Shown piece by piece: positions 37,485-46,779 of a DNA stretch of 59,732 bases. Made by a program: the position numbers and the translations under genes. Source of the stretch: a virus (lineage: Duplodnaviria > Caudoviricetes); the IMG/VR virus record IMGVR_UViG_3300025813_000004, positions 1 through 59,732 of that record. One strand, given 5' to 3'. The stretch's first letter is position 1. Every line of letters begins with the position of its first letter. The notes under the pieces are model-generated. The model worked only from the letters and a program-made list of their open reading frames with translations, had not been told where the DNA came from and searched no databases.

Positions 37485-38143
37485 ATTTAGCTAATGTATG
37501 GACACTATATAATAATATTCGTAGTATTACATCGTCTACTAGCTTAGTAGCAGGAGCAACGCAACCATGGACACCTACGCAATGGGCGCAATTATCATCT
37601 AAGAACCTTGTTTATTTAAAAACCAACAAATCTAACATTGGTGGTTTATTTTTTGATGCAGTTTTCCACGAGGAAACAGTAAATAGCATTAAAATTACAG
37701 ATCATCCAGTACAAAATGGCAACAATATTGTTGATAATTCATATATTCAGCCAACAACTTTAACAATGGATATTGGTGTTTCTGACTCTATGGGTAGTAT
37801 CCTTGATGGACAGTTTTCAGGAAGTTATACTAAATCTGTTTCAGCATATCAGATGCTGCTAGCTTTACAACAATCAAGAATACCTATTGAAGTACACACA
37901 CGATTAAACCATTATTATAATATGCTGATTGAACAAATAACTGCACCAGACGATTACAAAACGCTTCACGGGTTAAAATGTTCTGTGCAAATGAAAGAAA
38001 TATTTGTAGTTGAAGTCAGTACAACAACTGTTTCAGCAAGAGCACAGACAAGCGGCAGTTCATCGGGTGGAACAGCTCAACCAACAGAAGCTACTGGCTC
38101 TATATTAGCCGAAGCAAGCGAAGCGGCAACGGGGAGTAATTAA
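37481..38143 (+). CDS. Baseplate/tube initiator protein
   Basis: ITDHPVQNG, YYNMLIEQI; synteny. Confidence 0.8.
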   Translation: MNLANVWTLYNNIRSITSSTSLVAGATQPWTPTQWAQLSSKNLVYLKTNKSNIGGLFFDAVFHEETVNSIKITDHPVQNGNNIVDNSYIQPTTLTMDIGVSDSMGSILDGQFSGSYTKSVSAYQMLLALQQSRIPIEVHTRLNHYYNMLIEQITAPDDYKTLHGLKCSVQMKEIFVVEVSTTTVSARAQTSGSSSGGTAQPTEATGSILAEASEAATGSN

Positions 38144-38145
38144 TT

Positions 38146-38475
38146 ATGTATCAAGTAATACCATTAACAAACGACCCTAATAAAACAATACAGACAACAG
38201 TTGAAGTTAATAATACTAATATTACCTTAAAATTATTTTTTCATTATAACGAAATGGCAAACTATTGGTGTATGAGTATAACAAATTTGGATAATAGATT
38301 GTTAATTGACTCATTGCCGCTTATGACTGATGTTTATCCTTCTGCTAATCTTTTAGGTCAATATAGTTATCTTGGTATTGGTAGCGCATATCTGATAAAA
38401 ACAACTCAAAGTACTTTAGATTATGCAGATGATAACACTTTAGGGACTACTTTTCAGTTAGTGTGGTCATCATGA
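38146..38475 (+). CDS. Baseplate plug-like protein
   Basis: IPLTNDPN...NLLGQYSYLGIG; synteny. Confidence 0.75.
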   Translation: MYQVIPLTNDPNKTIQTTVEVNNTNITLKLFFHYNEMANYWCMSITNLDNRLLIDSLPLMTDVYPSANLLGQYSYLGIGSAYLIKTTQSTLDYADDNTLGTTFQLVWSS

Positions 38476-39407
38476 GTAACTTTTTATATGGTCGTAAATA
38501 TCAAATACTAGTTGTTAAATCAGATGGCACTGCTTTAGATGTTTCAAATTTAAGATGTACATTTAGAATAGAAAAAACATATCATTCAGTTGCAAATTAT
38601 TCTGAAATAACTATTTATAATCTTTCAGCAGAAACCGAAGGAACTATTATTAATGAATACAATCGTGTAATTGTCAATGCAGGCTATCAAGGCACAGATG
38701 CAAACGATAACCCTAAGCAATATGGAAAAATATTTGATGGCAATATAATTCAAGTATTAAGAGATAAAGATGATAATAACGTTGATTATCGTCTTACTTT
38801 ACATTGTGGTGATGGTGATAATTTTTTAAATAGTAATTTTATTAAAATGACCATGAATGCAGGAGCAACACATAGGCAGGCAATAGAAAATATTGCAACA
38901 GTAGCAACAGTTCCAACCGAAATTGGTAAAATAACACCTGATTTAAATCCTATAACCCTTCCACGCGGTAAAGTATTTTTTGGAGCACCTAAAAAATATT
39001 TGCGCGAAATAGCATCTGACAATAATGCAAGTTTTTGGGTTGATAATGGAGAAATATATATTGGAAAAACTACCGATACAGCAGGACAGGCTATTGTGAT
39101 TACTCCTGAAACTGGATTGATTGGGACTCCTCAAATGGTACAAGATGGTATAATAATTAAAATGTTGTTAAACGCAAACATAGGGTTAATGAGCATGATT
39201 AAACTAGATAATTCTAATATTCGCCAAATAAAACAACAAATAGGGCAAGTACCTGTCATGTTAGATCAAGATGGACAATATCAAGCATATAAAATAGTCC
39301 ACGAAGGTGATACTAGAGGACAGAATTGGTATACTCAAATAACTGGCGTTTCAAGATATGGGAAAATTCCAATTATGCTTGCGACGGGCAATCAAAATCC
39401 ACATTAA
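38472..39407 (+). CDS. Baseplate hub protein
   Basis: ITIYNLS, LPRGKVFFG, TGLIGTP, GDTRGQNWY. Confidence 0.82.
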   Translation: MSNFLYGRKYQILVVKSDGTALDVSNLRCTFRIEKTYHSVANYSEITIYNLSAETEGTIINEYNRVIVNAGYQGTDANDNPKQYGKIFDGNIIQVLRDKDDNNVDYRLTLHCGDGDNFLNSNFIKMTMNAGATHRQAIENIATVATVPTEIGKITPDLNPITLPRGKVFFGAPKKYLREIASDNNASFWVDNGEIYIGKTTDTAGQAIVITPETGLIGTPQMVQDGIIIKMLLNANIGLMSMIKLDNSNIRQIKQQIGQVPVMLDQDGQYQAYKIVHEGDTRGQNWYTQITGVSRYGKIPIMLATGNQNPH

Positions 39408-39419
39408 GAAGGTGTTAAA

Positions 39420-40022
39420 ATGTTAACAATAGCACAGCGATTAGAAAACGAAGATGAAATGCAAAGGTTGGCTATTGAAGATTATTTGAAAAATCTTCGT
39501 GTATCCTGCCCGGGTATTATACAAAGTTACAACGAATCTGCACAAACTGTTACGGTGTTACCAGCAATTAAAGAAAAAATAAAAATTAATGGAAATGTAT
39601 CAAATGAAACGTTGCCATTACTGATTGATGTTCCTGTTTATTTTCCTAGTGGTGGTGGTTATTCGTTAACTTTTCCTATTACTGCAGGAGATGAATGCCT
39701 GGTAATATTTTCCGATTTTTGCATTGATGGCTGGTGGCAGTCTGGAGGAGTTCAAAGCCAACTTGATCGGCGTAGGCATGATTTGTCAGATGGATTTGCA
39801 TTTGTAGGATTTAAAAGTAAACCCAATGCAGTACCAGCAGGTGCAGGAACAACATTACAAGGCGGATCTGGAAATATAAATTTAAATAGTGGAACAATTA
39901 CTATAACTGGCGGTAATGTTGTTGTTAATTCAAGCAATGTAACAATTGCAGGCAAGGACTTTCTTTCGCATACTCACGGCGGCGTACAAACTGGTGGCGG
40001 AACTACCGGAGGTGTGGCATGA
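39420..40022 (+). CDS. Baseplate spike (Gp138/gpV-like)
   Basis: PGIIQSY, GDECLVIF, RRHDLSDG, HTHGGVQTGGGTTG. Confidence 0.88.
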   Translation: MLTIAQRLENEDEMQRLAIEDYLKNLRVSCPGIIQSYNESAQTVTVLPAIKEKIKINGNVSNETLPLLIDVPVYFPSGGGYSLTFPITAGDECLVIFSDFCIDGWWQSGGVQSQLDRRRHDLSDGFAFVGFKSKPNAVPAGAGTTLQGGSGNINLNSGTITITGGNVVVNSSNVTIAGKDFLSHTHGGVQTGGGTTGGVA

Positions 40023-40390
40023 TTTATCGAATGTTAGCTCCAACGTTGGAAGGAGGAAGTGGCGATTATTCATTTGGAAACGGCAATACAAATTTTTTAA
40101 ATGGATCTGAAGCAGTAATTCAAGCTGTATATACTAGATTATATCTATTGTACGGTGAATGGTGGGAAAATACAGAAGATGGTACACCATTTTGGCAGAA
40201 AATTATTGGTGTGTCTGGCAAACCACAAAACATTGCGGCAATTGATTTAATTTTTCAAACTAGAATATCAGAAACAAAAGGCGTTAAAAACATTGTTAAT
40301 TATAGCAGTACTTGGGATTCACAAGCAAGAAAATATAGCTTTACATGCACAATTGATACAGATTACAGCACAATCACATTAACAATTTAA
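40019..40390 (+). CDS. Baseplate wedge protein (gp25/gp46-like)
   Basis: GDYSFG...QAVYTRL..GEWW...GTPFWQ. Confidence 0.78.
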   Translation: MIYRMLAPTLEGGSGDYSFGNGNTNFLNGSEAVIQAVYTRLYLLYGEWWENTEDGTPFWQKIIGVSGKPQNIAAIDLIFQTRISETKGVKNIVNYSSTWDSQARKYSFTCTIDTDYSTITLTI

Positions 40391-40454
40391 TTTATATATT
40401 TTAAAACTGGTTAAATAGACCAGTTTATTTTTATGCCCTAAGGAGGTGTAAATT

Positions 40455-41633
40455 TTGGCGTATACAGCACCTACAATAACAGCCGCAGGACTAACAATAC
40501 CATTGTATAGCGATGTGTTAGCAGATTTAATCGAATTAGCAAAAAGTATTTACGGTGATGATATTTACTTAGGTACTGATAGTCTTGATTATCAATTTAT
40601 TAGTATTTTTGCTCTTAAACTAACGGATGCATATAATACAGCTCAATTAATTTATAATAATCGAAGCCCGGCAACTGCAATTGGTAGCGCACTTGATGCA
40701 ATTGTAAAAATAAATGGATTAAAACGCAAGCCAGCCTCATATTCAACTTGTCAAGTTACATTGACAGGATTATATGGAACTATTATAACGGGCGGTATAG
40801 TTGCTGATGTAGCAGGTAACTTATGGTCATTACCAACCCCAATAACAATTCCAATTGGCGGCACATTAACAGTATCGGCTACATGCCAAACTTTAGGCGC
40901 AATTACAGCAACTATTGGTCAAATAGCAACAATTTCAACGCCAACGCAAGGTTGGACTTCTGTTACAAATTCAGTCCCAGCAGCGGCAGGACAAGCTACA
41001 GAAGTTGACTCACAATTACGATCAAGGCAAGCGATTAGCACTCAATTACCATCACGAAGTTTACTAGGCGGAACAATAGCAGGAATAGCAAGCGTAGCCG
41101 ATGTAGTACGGTATAAAGTTTATGAAAATGATACAAGTTTAACAGATTCAGATGGTATACCTTCACATTCAATTTGTGCTGTAGTTGAGGGCGGAACAGA
41201 TAATGATATTGCAAATGAAATATATTATCGTAAAAACGGTGGTTGTGGGACATATGGCACAACTTCTGTGAGTATTGCCGACCCTATATATGAAACAACG
41301 ACAGTAATAAGTTTTTATCATCCTACATATGTACCTATTTTTACAACATTAGGTGTACATCCTTTGGCAGGTTATACAACAGCTAATACGGCGGCAATTC
41401 AAACAGCTATTACTAATTATTTAAATAGTTTAGCTATTGGCGAAGAGCTAACTATTTCTGCATTATGGGGTATAGCAATGGCTACGATGTCAGATTTAAC
41501 CAATCCAATTTTCTCATTAAAAACAGTAGTCGCAGGTACTGCAATTGGGGCACAGACAACAGATGATATTACAATTGCGTTTAACGAAGTTACACAAGGA
41601 ATAACTGCTAATGTTGTGGTGAATTTAGTATGA
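40455..41633 (+). CDS. Baseplate J/gp47-family protein
   Basis: ATAIGSALD, EVDSQLRSR, YENDT, PSHSICAVVEGG. Confidence 0.9.
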   Translation: MAYTAPTITAAGLTIPLYSDVLADLIELAKSIYGDDIYLGTDSLDYQFISIFALKLTDAYNTAQLIYNNRSPATAIGSALDAIVKINGLKRKPASYSTCQVTLTGLYGTIITGGIVADVAGNLWSLPTPITIPIGGTLTVSATCQTLGAITATIGQIATISTPTQGWTSVTNSVPAAAGQATEVDSQLRSRQAISTQLPSRSLLGGTIAGIASVADVVRYKVYENDTSLTDSDGIPSHSICAVVEGGTDNDIANEIYYRKNGGCGTYGTTSVSIADPIYETTTVISFYHPTYVPIFTTLGVHPLAGYTTANTAAIQTAITNYLNSLAIGEELTISALWGIAMATMSDLTNPIFSLKTVVAGTAIGAQTTDDITIAFNEVTQGITANVVVNLV

Positions 41634-42280
41634 GTAAATCATTAGATTATTATTTAGGTTTAGTTACTTCTGAATATCAAAATTCGCCAAAATTTTTATC
41701 ATGGTTACAAGGATTTGTAGAACATATATCTGCCGCATCAACAGTTCTAGAAAGCATGGACGCTTGTTTTGATATTGATATAGCTATAGGTAAACAACTT
41801 GACATATTGGGAGTTATTATCGGGCAAGAAAGACAAGTGAATTTTAATCCTACAAACGGTGGTTCACCTATACTTGATGACGATAACTACAGAATTTTAT
41901 TAAAAGCAAAAATATTAAAAAATCAATGGAATGGTTTAAATCAATCTATTGCAGAGTTGTGGAAAATATTATTACCGGAAACTACGATTTTGGTACAAGA
42001 CAATTTAGATATGACTGAAAATGTCTATATTGGTGGAACCTTAAATCAAACCATACGTGACTTAATCCGCAATGGGTATATAGTGCCTAAACCGCAAGGC
42101 GTATTAATAAATTATTTTTATTTTGGCGGTGCTCCATTTTTTGGATTTGATTTAGACAATGGATATATTGCTGGTTTTGATAAAGGTTCATGGGTTCATG
42201 ATAATGATTCTAAAGCATTTGGATTTGATTTAGATAATAATGTTGTATCTGGTTTTGATACAGGTACATGGTCAGATTAA
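41630..42280 (+). CDS. Baseplate protein (DUF2612-type)
   Basis: AIGKQLDILG, LDDDNYRILLKAKI, PKPQGV; duplicated FGFD motif. Confidence 0.85.
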   Translation: MSKSLDYYLGLVTSEYQNSPKFLSWLQGFVEHISAASTVLESMDACFDIDIAIGKQLDILGVIIGQERQVNFNPTNGGSPILDDDNYRILLKAKILKNQWNGLNQSIAELWKILLPETTILVQDNLDMTENVYIGGTLNQTIRDLIRNGYIVPKPQGVLINYFYFGGAPFFGFDLDNGYIAGFDKGSWVHDNDSKAFGFDLDNNVVSGFDTGTWSD

Positions 42281-42295
42281 TAAAGGAGGTATATT

Positions 42296-43555
42296 ATGGC
42301 AGGAACTAATAATTTTTTACAATGGAATCCAGCAGAAAATAATATGTTGACAGATGTACAATATTTAGGTGATTCTATGAGGTTAAATGGCGCAACAGCG
42401 CAAATTTATCCAAGTAATGTACATAATAAATTTGCATATCAAACAACAACATTTATAACCGCAATGGCTCAAATGTTAGCAAATAGAGGTTATACGGTAA
42501 GCGATTCAAGTTTGCCTGCATTAATTTCAGTGTTTGATGAATTAGTTGATAAATCTGGTGCAACAATGACAGGTAATTTAATTTTAAATGGCGATCCTAC
42601 ATTGGCATTACAAGCAACAACAAAACAATATGTAGACACGTTTTCACGTGGAGTAAAGCGAAGTACAGCATATTTAATTGGGGATATTGCTTATAGTGTT
42701 AATTTACCAACGTGGGCAAGATTACAATGTGTAGTTGCAGGTACTACAAATTCAACCGAACCGTCATGGGGAACAACAGCAGGAGTATTAATTGCAGATG
42801 GAACAGCAACATGGATTATAGATGATATTAGAGATGGTTTAGTAGTAGGAAGTTTTGATTTTTCACATATTTTAAAAGTTGGTAGAATTAAAGCTAACGG
42901 CTCATTAATTTCAAGGGATTTATATCCTAGGTTATGGAAATATGTTAACGATAATAGTTTAGCTATAACAGAATCTAGTTGGTCAAACGGTATGAGTGGT
43001 ATGTTTAGTGTTGGAGATGGCAGCACAACATTTAGAGTACCAGATTTGCGCGGAGAATTTTTGCGTGGCTATGACGATGATAGAAATTTGGATACTACGA
43101 GTTTTAAAGGAACAACTGCAAATGGTAGTGCAACTATTACAACAATTAATATCCCCGGTGGATTAACTACAAACATTTTATATGTTGGGCAATCAATTAG
43201 CGGTACAGGAATACCATCCGGTGCTACAATAGCTAGTATTGTTAGTGATACAAGTATTACAATATCGGCAAACGCAACAGCTAGTGCAACAGTTGTAATT
43301 ACTGTAACTAATAGGCGTATCGGTAGTATGCAAAGTGATGCTATTAGAAATATAACTGGTTTAGTTGGTGGTAGAGGTGCTTCTGATGTTACTAGCTCAG
43401 GAGCATTTGCGCAGTTAGCAGATTCAAGCACATACTACAATGCTACTGCTGTAGGTGCAGGGTATGGAGCATTTTTAGATGTATCAACTACTGTTTCTAC
43501 TGCTCCAGAAAATAGACCGCAAAATATTGCATTAATAGCTCAAATTAAATATTAG
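42296..43555 (+). CDS. Tail fibre protein with collar domain
   Basis: GDGSTTFRVPDLRGEFLRGYD, QSDAIRNITG, ENRPQNIAL..IKY. Confidence 0.88.
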   Translation: MAGTNNFLQWNPAENNMLTDVQYLGDSMRLNGATAQIYPSNVHNKFAYQTTTFITAMAQMLANRGYTVSDSSLPALISVFDELVDKSGATMTGNLILNGDPTLALQATTKQYVDTFSRGVKRSTAYLIGDIAYSVNLPTWARLQCVVAGTTNSTEPSWGTTAGVLIADGTATWIIDDIRDGLVVGSFDFSHILKVGRIKANGSLISRDLYPRLWKYVNDNSLAITESSWSNGMSGMFSVGDGSTTFRVPDLRGEFLRGYDDDRNLDTTSFKGTTANGSATITTINIPGGLTTNILYVGQSISGTGIPSGATIASIVSDTSITISANATASATVVITVTNRRIGSMQSDAIRNITGLVGGRGASDVTSSGAFAQLADSSTYYNATAVGAGYGAFLDVSTTVSTAPENRPQNIALIAQIKY

Positions 43556-43564
43556 GAGGTAATT

Positions 43565-44422
43565 ATGGATACAAAAACAGTATATTCATGTAATTCTACA
43601 GGATTATTAATTGGAATTGTTACTTTAAATAGCACAGATAAAGATCCTTTAGGTAACTGGAATATTCCATCCGGATGTACAGAATTAGTGCCACCGGATT
43701 ATAAGGATGGGTATAATATTTATTTTATTAATGGTGCGTGGGCATATGTTGCTATTGCAGTAAAACAATATATAATTCGAAATGGCGTTTACATGTATGA
43801 TTATTATCAATCAGGCGACATTGTAGTAACAGAGCAACCAACGCCACCAAATACATATACATCATATAAATGGGACACTATTTCAGCAATACTAGGTAAA
43901 CAAACATATACAATAACAACAAATTTTACTGAAAATGATACATTAACCTTATGTGGTGTTACATTAACAATTGGAACTGACGTAATTGGTACAGATACAG
44001 TAACTACGGCAACAAATTTACAAACTGTATTATCTGCAAATACAACAATTAACGTATTATATACAGTTACAGTTAACGAATCAACAATTACACTAACTGA
44101 AATTGTCGCAGGTGGTGGTAATACTCCTAGCGAATCAACAACTACAGGCACAGGAAAAATCATAAACGGCACAGCAATAACTAGTACTCCATCAACTACA
44201 GGCTGGAAAATTGATTTAGCTACATCATTAGATGCATTAAATTCCTCTTATGACACTGCAAAGAAAAGACTTCATGAAGCACATTCAACAGTTTTAATTG
44301 CATTAGCACTTGGCAAAATAACACAAGAGCAAGCTACAGAACGAATAAATGTTGTTGCAAGCGATTACAGTGTAATGTGGGATGATATTTTAGCAAAACA
44401 GGAGGTACTTAAAAATGGCTGA
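43565..44422 (+). CDS. Tail fibre assembly-like protein
   Basis: DPLGNWNIPSGCTELVPP N-terminus; follows fibre. Confidence 0.65.
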   Translation: MDTKTVYSCNSTGLLIGIVTLNSTDKDPLGNWNIPSGCTELVPPDYKDGYNIYFINGAWAYVAIAVKQYIIRNGVYMYDYYQSGDIVVTEQPTPPNTYTSYKWDTISAILGKQTYTITTNFTENDTLTLCGVTLTIGTDVIGTDTVTTATNLQTVLSANTTINVLYTVTVNESTITLTEIVAGGGNTPSESTTTGTGKIINGTAITSTPSTTGWKIDLATSLDALNSSYDTAKKRLHEAHSTVLIALALGKITQEQATERINVVASDYSVMWDDILAKQEVLKNG

Positions 44423-44570
44423 TATAAGACAATGTCCAATGGATAGACAAACTATGATAGCTATTATTATTGATGGTCATGAATATTGTCAATGTCCTGA
44501 ATGTGGCTATATTGAAAATAATGAAGTTTTATCATACAATACAAATATTACAGATATAACGGAAGATTAA
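44415..44570 (+). CDS. small Cys-containing protein
   Basis: MADIRQCP...CQCPECGY; GGAGGT RBS. Confidence 0.55.
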   Translation: MADIRQCPMDRQTMIAIIIDGHEYCQCPECGYIENNEVLSYNTNITDITED

Positions 44571-44574
44571 TTTT

Positions 44575-44841
44575 ATGTATACTGCAAAATATTTAATATA
44601 TGCTTATATACTTATTACATTTTTATTATTAATGCTAAGTTTTATTTTAACTTTAATAATTATTAGTATGAGAACAAAAATTAAAGCAAAAATACCAATT
44701 ATAAATATAACATCTGATAATATATCCAAAGAAGTATACAGTACGTTAAAAATAGTTGGTGTTACACTAACAGCAGAGCAACAAAGAGCTTTTGAATTAA
44801 ATGTAAAACAAATACATAAAGAAATGGGGTTTAAGCTGTGA
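44575..44841 (+). CDS. small membrane protein
   Basis: N-terminal TM segment. Confidence 0.5.
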   Translation: MYTAKYLIYAYILITFLLLMLSFILTLIIISMRTKIKAKIPIINITSDNISKEVYSTLKIVGVTLTAEQQRAFELNVKQIHKEMGFKL

Positions 44842-45212
44842 ACCAAGAAATAACAAGTATGATAACAGCATTAGTAGAAGCACCACCAAGCGTTGTAACA
44901 ATAATTTGTGTTGTTATTACCATACTTCCAATCATGGCATTAATTGCATATTGGGGCAGAGAAATGCCAAAAGCATTTATGGCAATAAGTAAATCAATGA
45001 ATTCATTAGAAATATTGGCAACAGCACATCAAGACGAATCAAAACACCAAGGGGATCAAATTACAGCAGTTCGTCACGATGTAAAAGAAATTAGGTCTGA
45101 TTTAACAGAAGTACAACAAAACATGGTAACAAAACAAGAGTTACAAGGATTAAATGGACGGGTTGACAGCGTGGTTAATAGTGTTAATAGAATTGAAGGG
45201 AGAATAATATAA
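44838..45212 (+). CDS. TM + coiled-coil lysis-module protein (holin/XhlA-like)
   Basis: One TM then coiled coil; upstream of holin/endolysin. Confidence 0.55.
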   Translation: MNQEITSMITALVEAPPSVVTIICVVITILPIMALIAYWGREMPKAFMAISKSMNSLEILATAHQDESKHQGDQITAVRHDVKEIRSDLTEVQQNMVTKQELQGLNGRVDSVVNSVNRIEGRII

Positions 45213-45245
45213 TATTGGTTTTCCTTAAAAAGAGGTGTTTGGGTA

Positions 45246-45500
45246 ATGAAATATATTAAAATGCTTTTATATGAAAATAATGAATTATCTTTAACAAGAA
45301 CGCTGGCTATCATTGGATGGCTGGCGTTTTTAATTGTTAGCTTTTATTTAGTATGGAAAGGTTCTGGTTGGCAAAATTATGAAACTTTTGCAAGCCTTAC
45401 AGGTGGCGGTGGAGCCGCTACACAAGTAGCAAATAAGTTTATTAATAGCAAATATAATAGTCAGTCTGGTAGCTATAAAGAAAAGGATGGTAATCAATAA
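45246..45500 (+). CDS. Putative holin
   Basis: LSLTR + TM segment, charged C-terminus; adjacent to endolysin. Confidence 0.7.
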   Translation: MKYIKMLLYENNELSLTRTLAIIGWLAFLIVSFYLVWKGSGWQNYETFASLTGGGGAATQVANKFINSKYNSQSGSYKEKDGNQ

Positions 45501-46084
45501 TGACAAAAGAAGAGTTAGGTAAAGAAATTGCATTAGGTATTATCAATACTGGTGTAGAGGGTGGCTATGATAGTGTATCATGTTCTACTGCAGGCGATTA
45601 TCCATCTATGGGCGTGTCGCAGTGGGAAGGCCTTAACGGTGGTCGTGGAGATACATTATTAAGTTATATCGATGGTGGTCAGCAGTTTATTGGCAGATCA
45701 TACTCGGATATTTGCGATAGCGGCGAGTTGGATGCCTTAACTGAAGTGCTTGGATCAGAGCAAGGACAAGCAGCACAGGTGCAAATTTTAGCGCAAGATT
45801 GCACCGAAATGTATGTTGACTCTTTGCAACAAGTAGAAAACTTAGACGACAGCCGTTGTTGTATATACGCCGGCATTTGGTGTCCAACATCACATTATGT
45901 TGTAAGAAAATTTTTGCAAAATAGGCAATATGATTATGATATCCGTAATTTAGAAACACTGAGAGACATCTTTAGAGATCAATATTATATTGCTGCAAGT
46001 GTCGGTAAACGTTACGCTTTAGGTTACGCAAATAGAGCTAATAATACATATGATTATGTTGCTAACCTTAAGTTGGAGGGGTGA
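45500..46084 (+). CDS. Putative endolysin (lysozyme-like fold)
   Basis: EGGYDSV...SMGVSQW motif, YANR near C-terminus; between holin and spanin-like genes. Confidence 0.65.
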   Translation: MTKEELGKEIALGIINTGVEGGYDSVSCSTAGDYPSMGVSQWEGLNGGRGDTLLSYIDGGQQFIGRSYSDICDSGELDALTEVLGSEQGQAAQVQILAQDCTEMYVDSLQQVENLDDSRCCIYAGIWCPTSHYVVRKFLQNRQYDYDIRNLETLRDIFRDQYYIAASVGKRYALGYANRANNTYDYVANLKLEG

Positions 46085-46086
46085 CT

Positions 46087-46503
46087 ATGAATGCAAATAC
46101 TAAGAAATGTGTTATTGGTATTGGCGTTGTGGCTATTTGTGTCGCCTTGTGGTTATTGTTCAGAGGTGTATCAGATAACAGAAACACAGCTGACGACGTT
46201 AGAAAACAACTTAACAGCGTTGCAAGAGAACAACAATCAACTGCAAGAACTCTTGAGTCAATCCAATCAGAACTTGACGACAGCCAGCGAACAGTCAGAG
46301 AACTTGAGCAGTCAAATATCAACGCTCAAAGCACAACTGACTCAATCGCAAGAACTAACGAATCAATTAACGAGTCGATTAGCGGTACTCAAAGCACAAA
46401 CAACGACTGCACAGCAATCCTTGCAGATAGCCAACGAAGAATTAGCGAAAGCCAGTCAATCATTCAAGAAATACGTGCAGGAACAGGAGAAAATTCAAAG
46501 TAA
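46087..46503 (+). CDS. i-spanin-like protein (N-terminal TM + coiled coil)
   Basis: VIGIGVVAICVALWLLF TM followed by long helical region; after endolysin. Confidence 0.6.
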   Translation: MNANTKKCVIGIGVVAICVALWLLFRGVSDNRNTADDVRKQLNSVAREQQSTARTLESIQSELDDSQRTVRELEQSNINAQSTTDSIARTNESINESISGTQSTNNDCTAILADSQRRISESQSIIQEIRAGTGENSK

Positions 46504-46573
46504 GCTAAAAACACAAAAGAATATTTGGCAGGCTATTGCATGTCTATCTATAGGGTATGCAGTGACTAAATAA
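46091..46573 (+). CDS. Overlapping spanin-like protein (signal peptide + coiled coil + hydrophobic C-terminus)
   Basis: 160-aa ORF in +1 frame overlapping the previous gene by ~410 nt; heptad Leu/Gln pattern. Confidence 0.65.
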   Translation: MQILRNVLLVLALWLFVSPCGYCSEVYQITETQLTTLENNLTALQENNNQLQELLSQSNQNLTTASEQSENLSSQISTLKAQLTQSQELTNQLTSRLAVLKAQTTTAQQSLQIANEELAKASQSFKKYVQEQEKIQSKLKTQKNIWQAIACLSIGYAVTK

Positions 46574-46612
46574 AAAAGGGCCCTATCTCTTAATTGAGGT
46601 AGGGCCTTTTTT
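46572..46612. terminator. Bidirectional terminator ending the late operon (UUAAUU loop)
   Basis: A-tract GGCCCTATCTC-TTAATT-GAGGTAGGGCC T-tract. Confidence 0.85.
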
Positions 46613-46614
46613 AT

Positions 46615-46713
46615 TTACCACAAATACCATATTACAAAAACTACTAGCCAAAATAAAGCTCCTAAAAACAGAGCATTAACTATTCCTCTAGCAGTATTTA
46701 ATTCGCTTTTCAT
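46615..46713 (-). CDS. 32-aa hydrophobic peptide
   Basis: MKSELNTARGIVNALFLGALFWLVVFVIWYLW*; GAGAGGA RBS upstream. Confidence 0.55.
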   Translation of the reverse strand: MKSELNTARGIVNALFLGALFWLVVFVIWYLW

Positions 46714-46779
46714 AACCACAAACACATCCTCTCATTAGTCTAATTTGCTTATCTCGCATAGTCAAACAAGAAAAATAAA

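Noticed and set aside
42296-44422. Diversity-generating retroelement or invertible tail-fibre shufflon
   Set aside because: No reverse transcriptase, no TR/VR pair and no inverted fibre cassettes or invertase seen.
25864-46322. Numerous minus-strand ORFs within structural genes (e.g. 27956-28363, 34876-35226, 43069-43431)
   Set aside because: Antisense shadows of well-supported plus-strand genes, lacking RBS or recognisable motifs.
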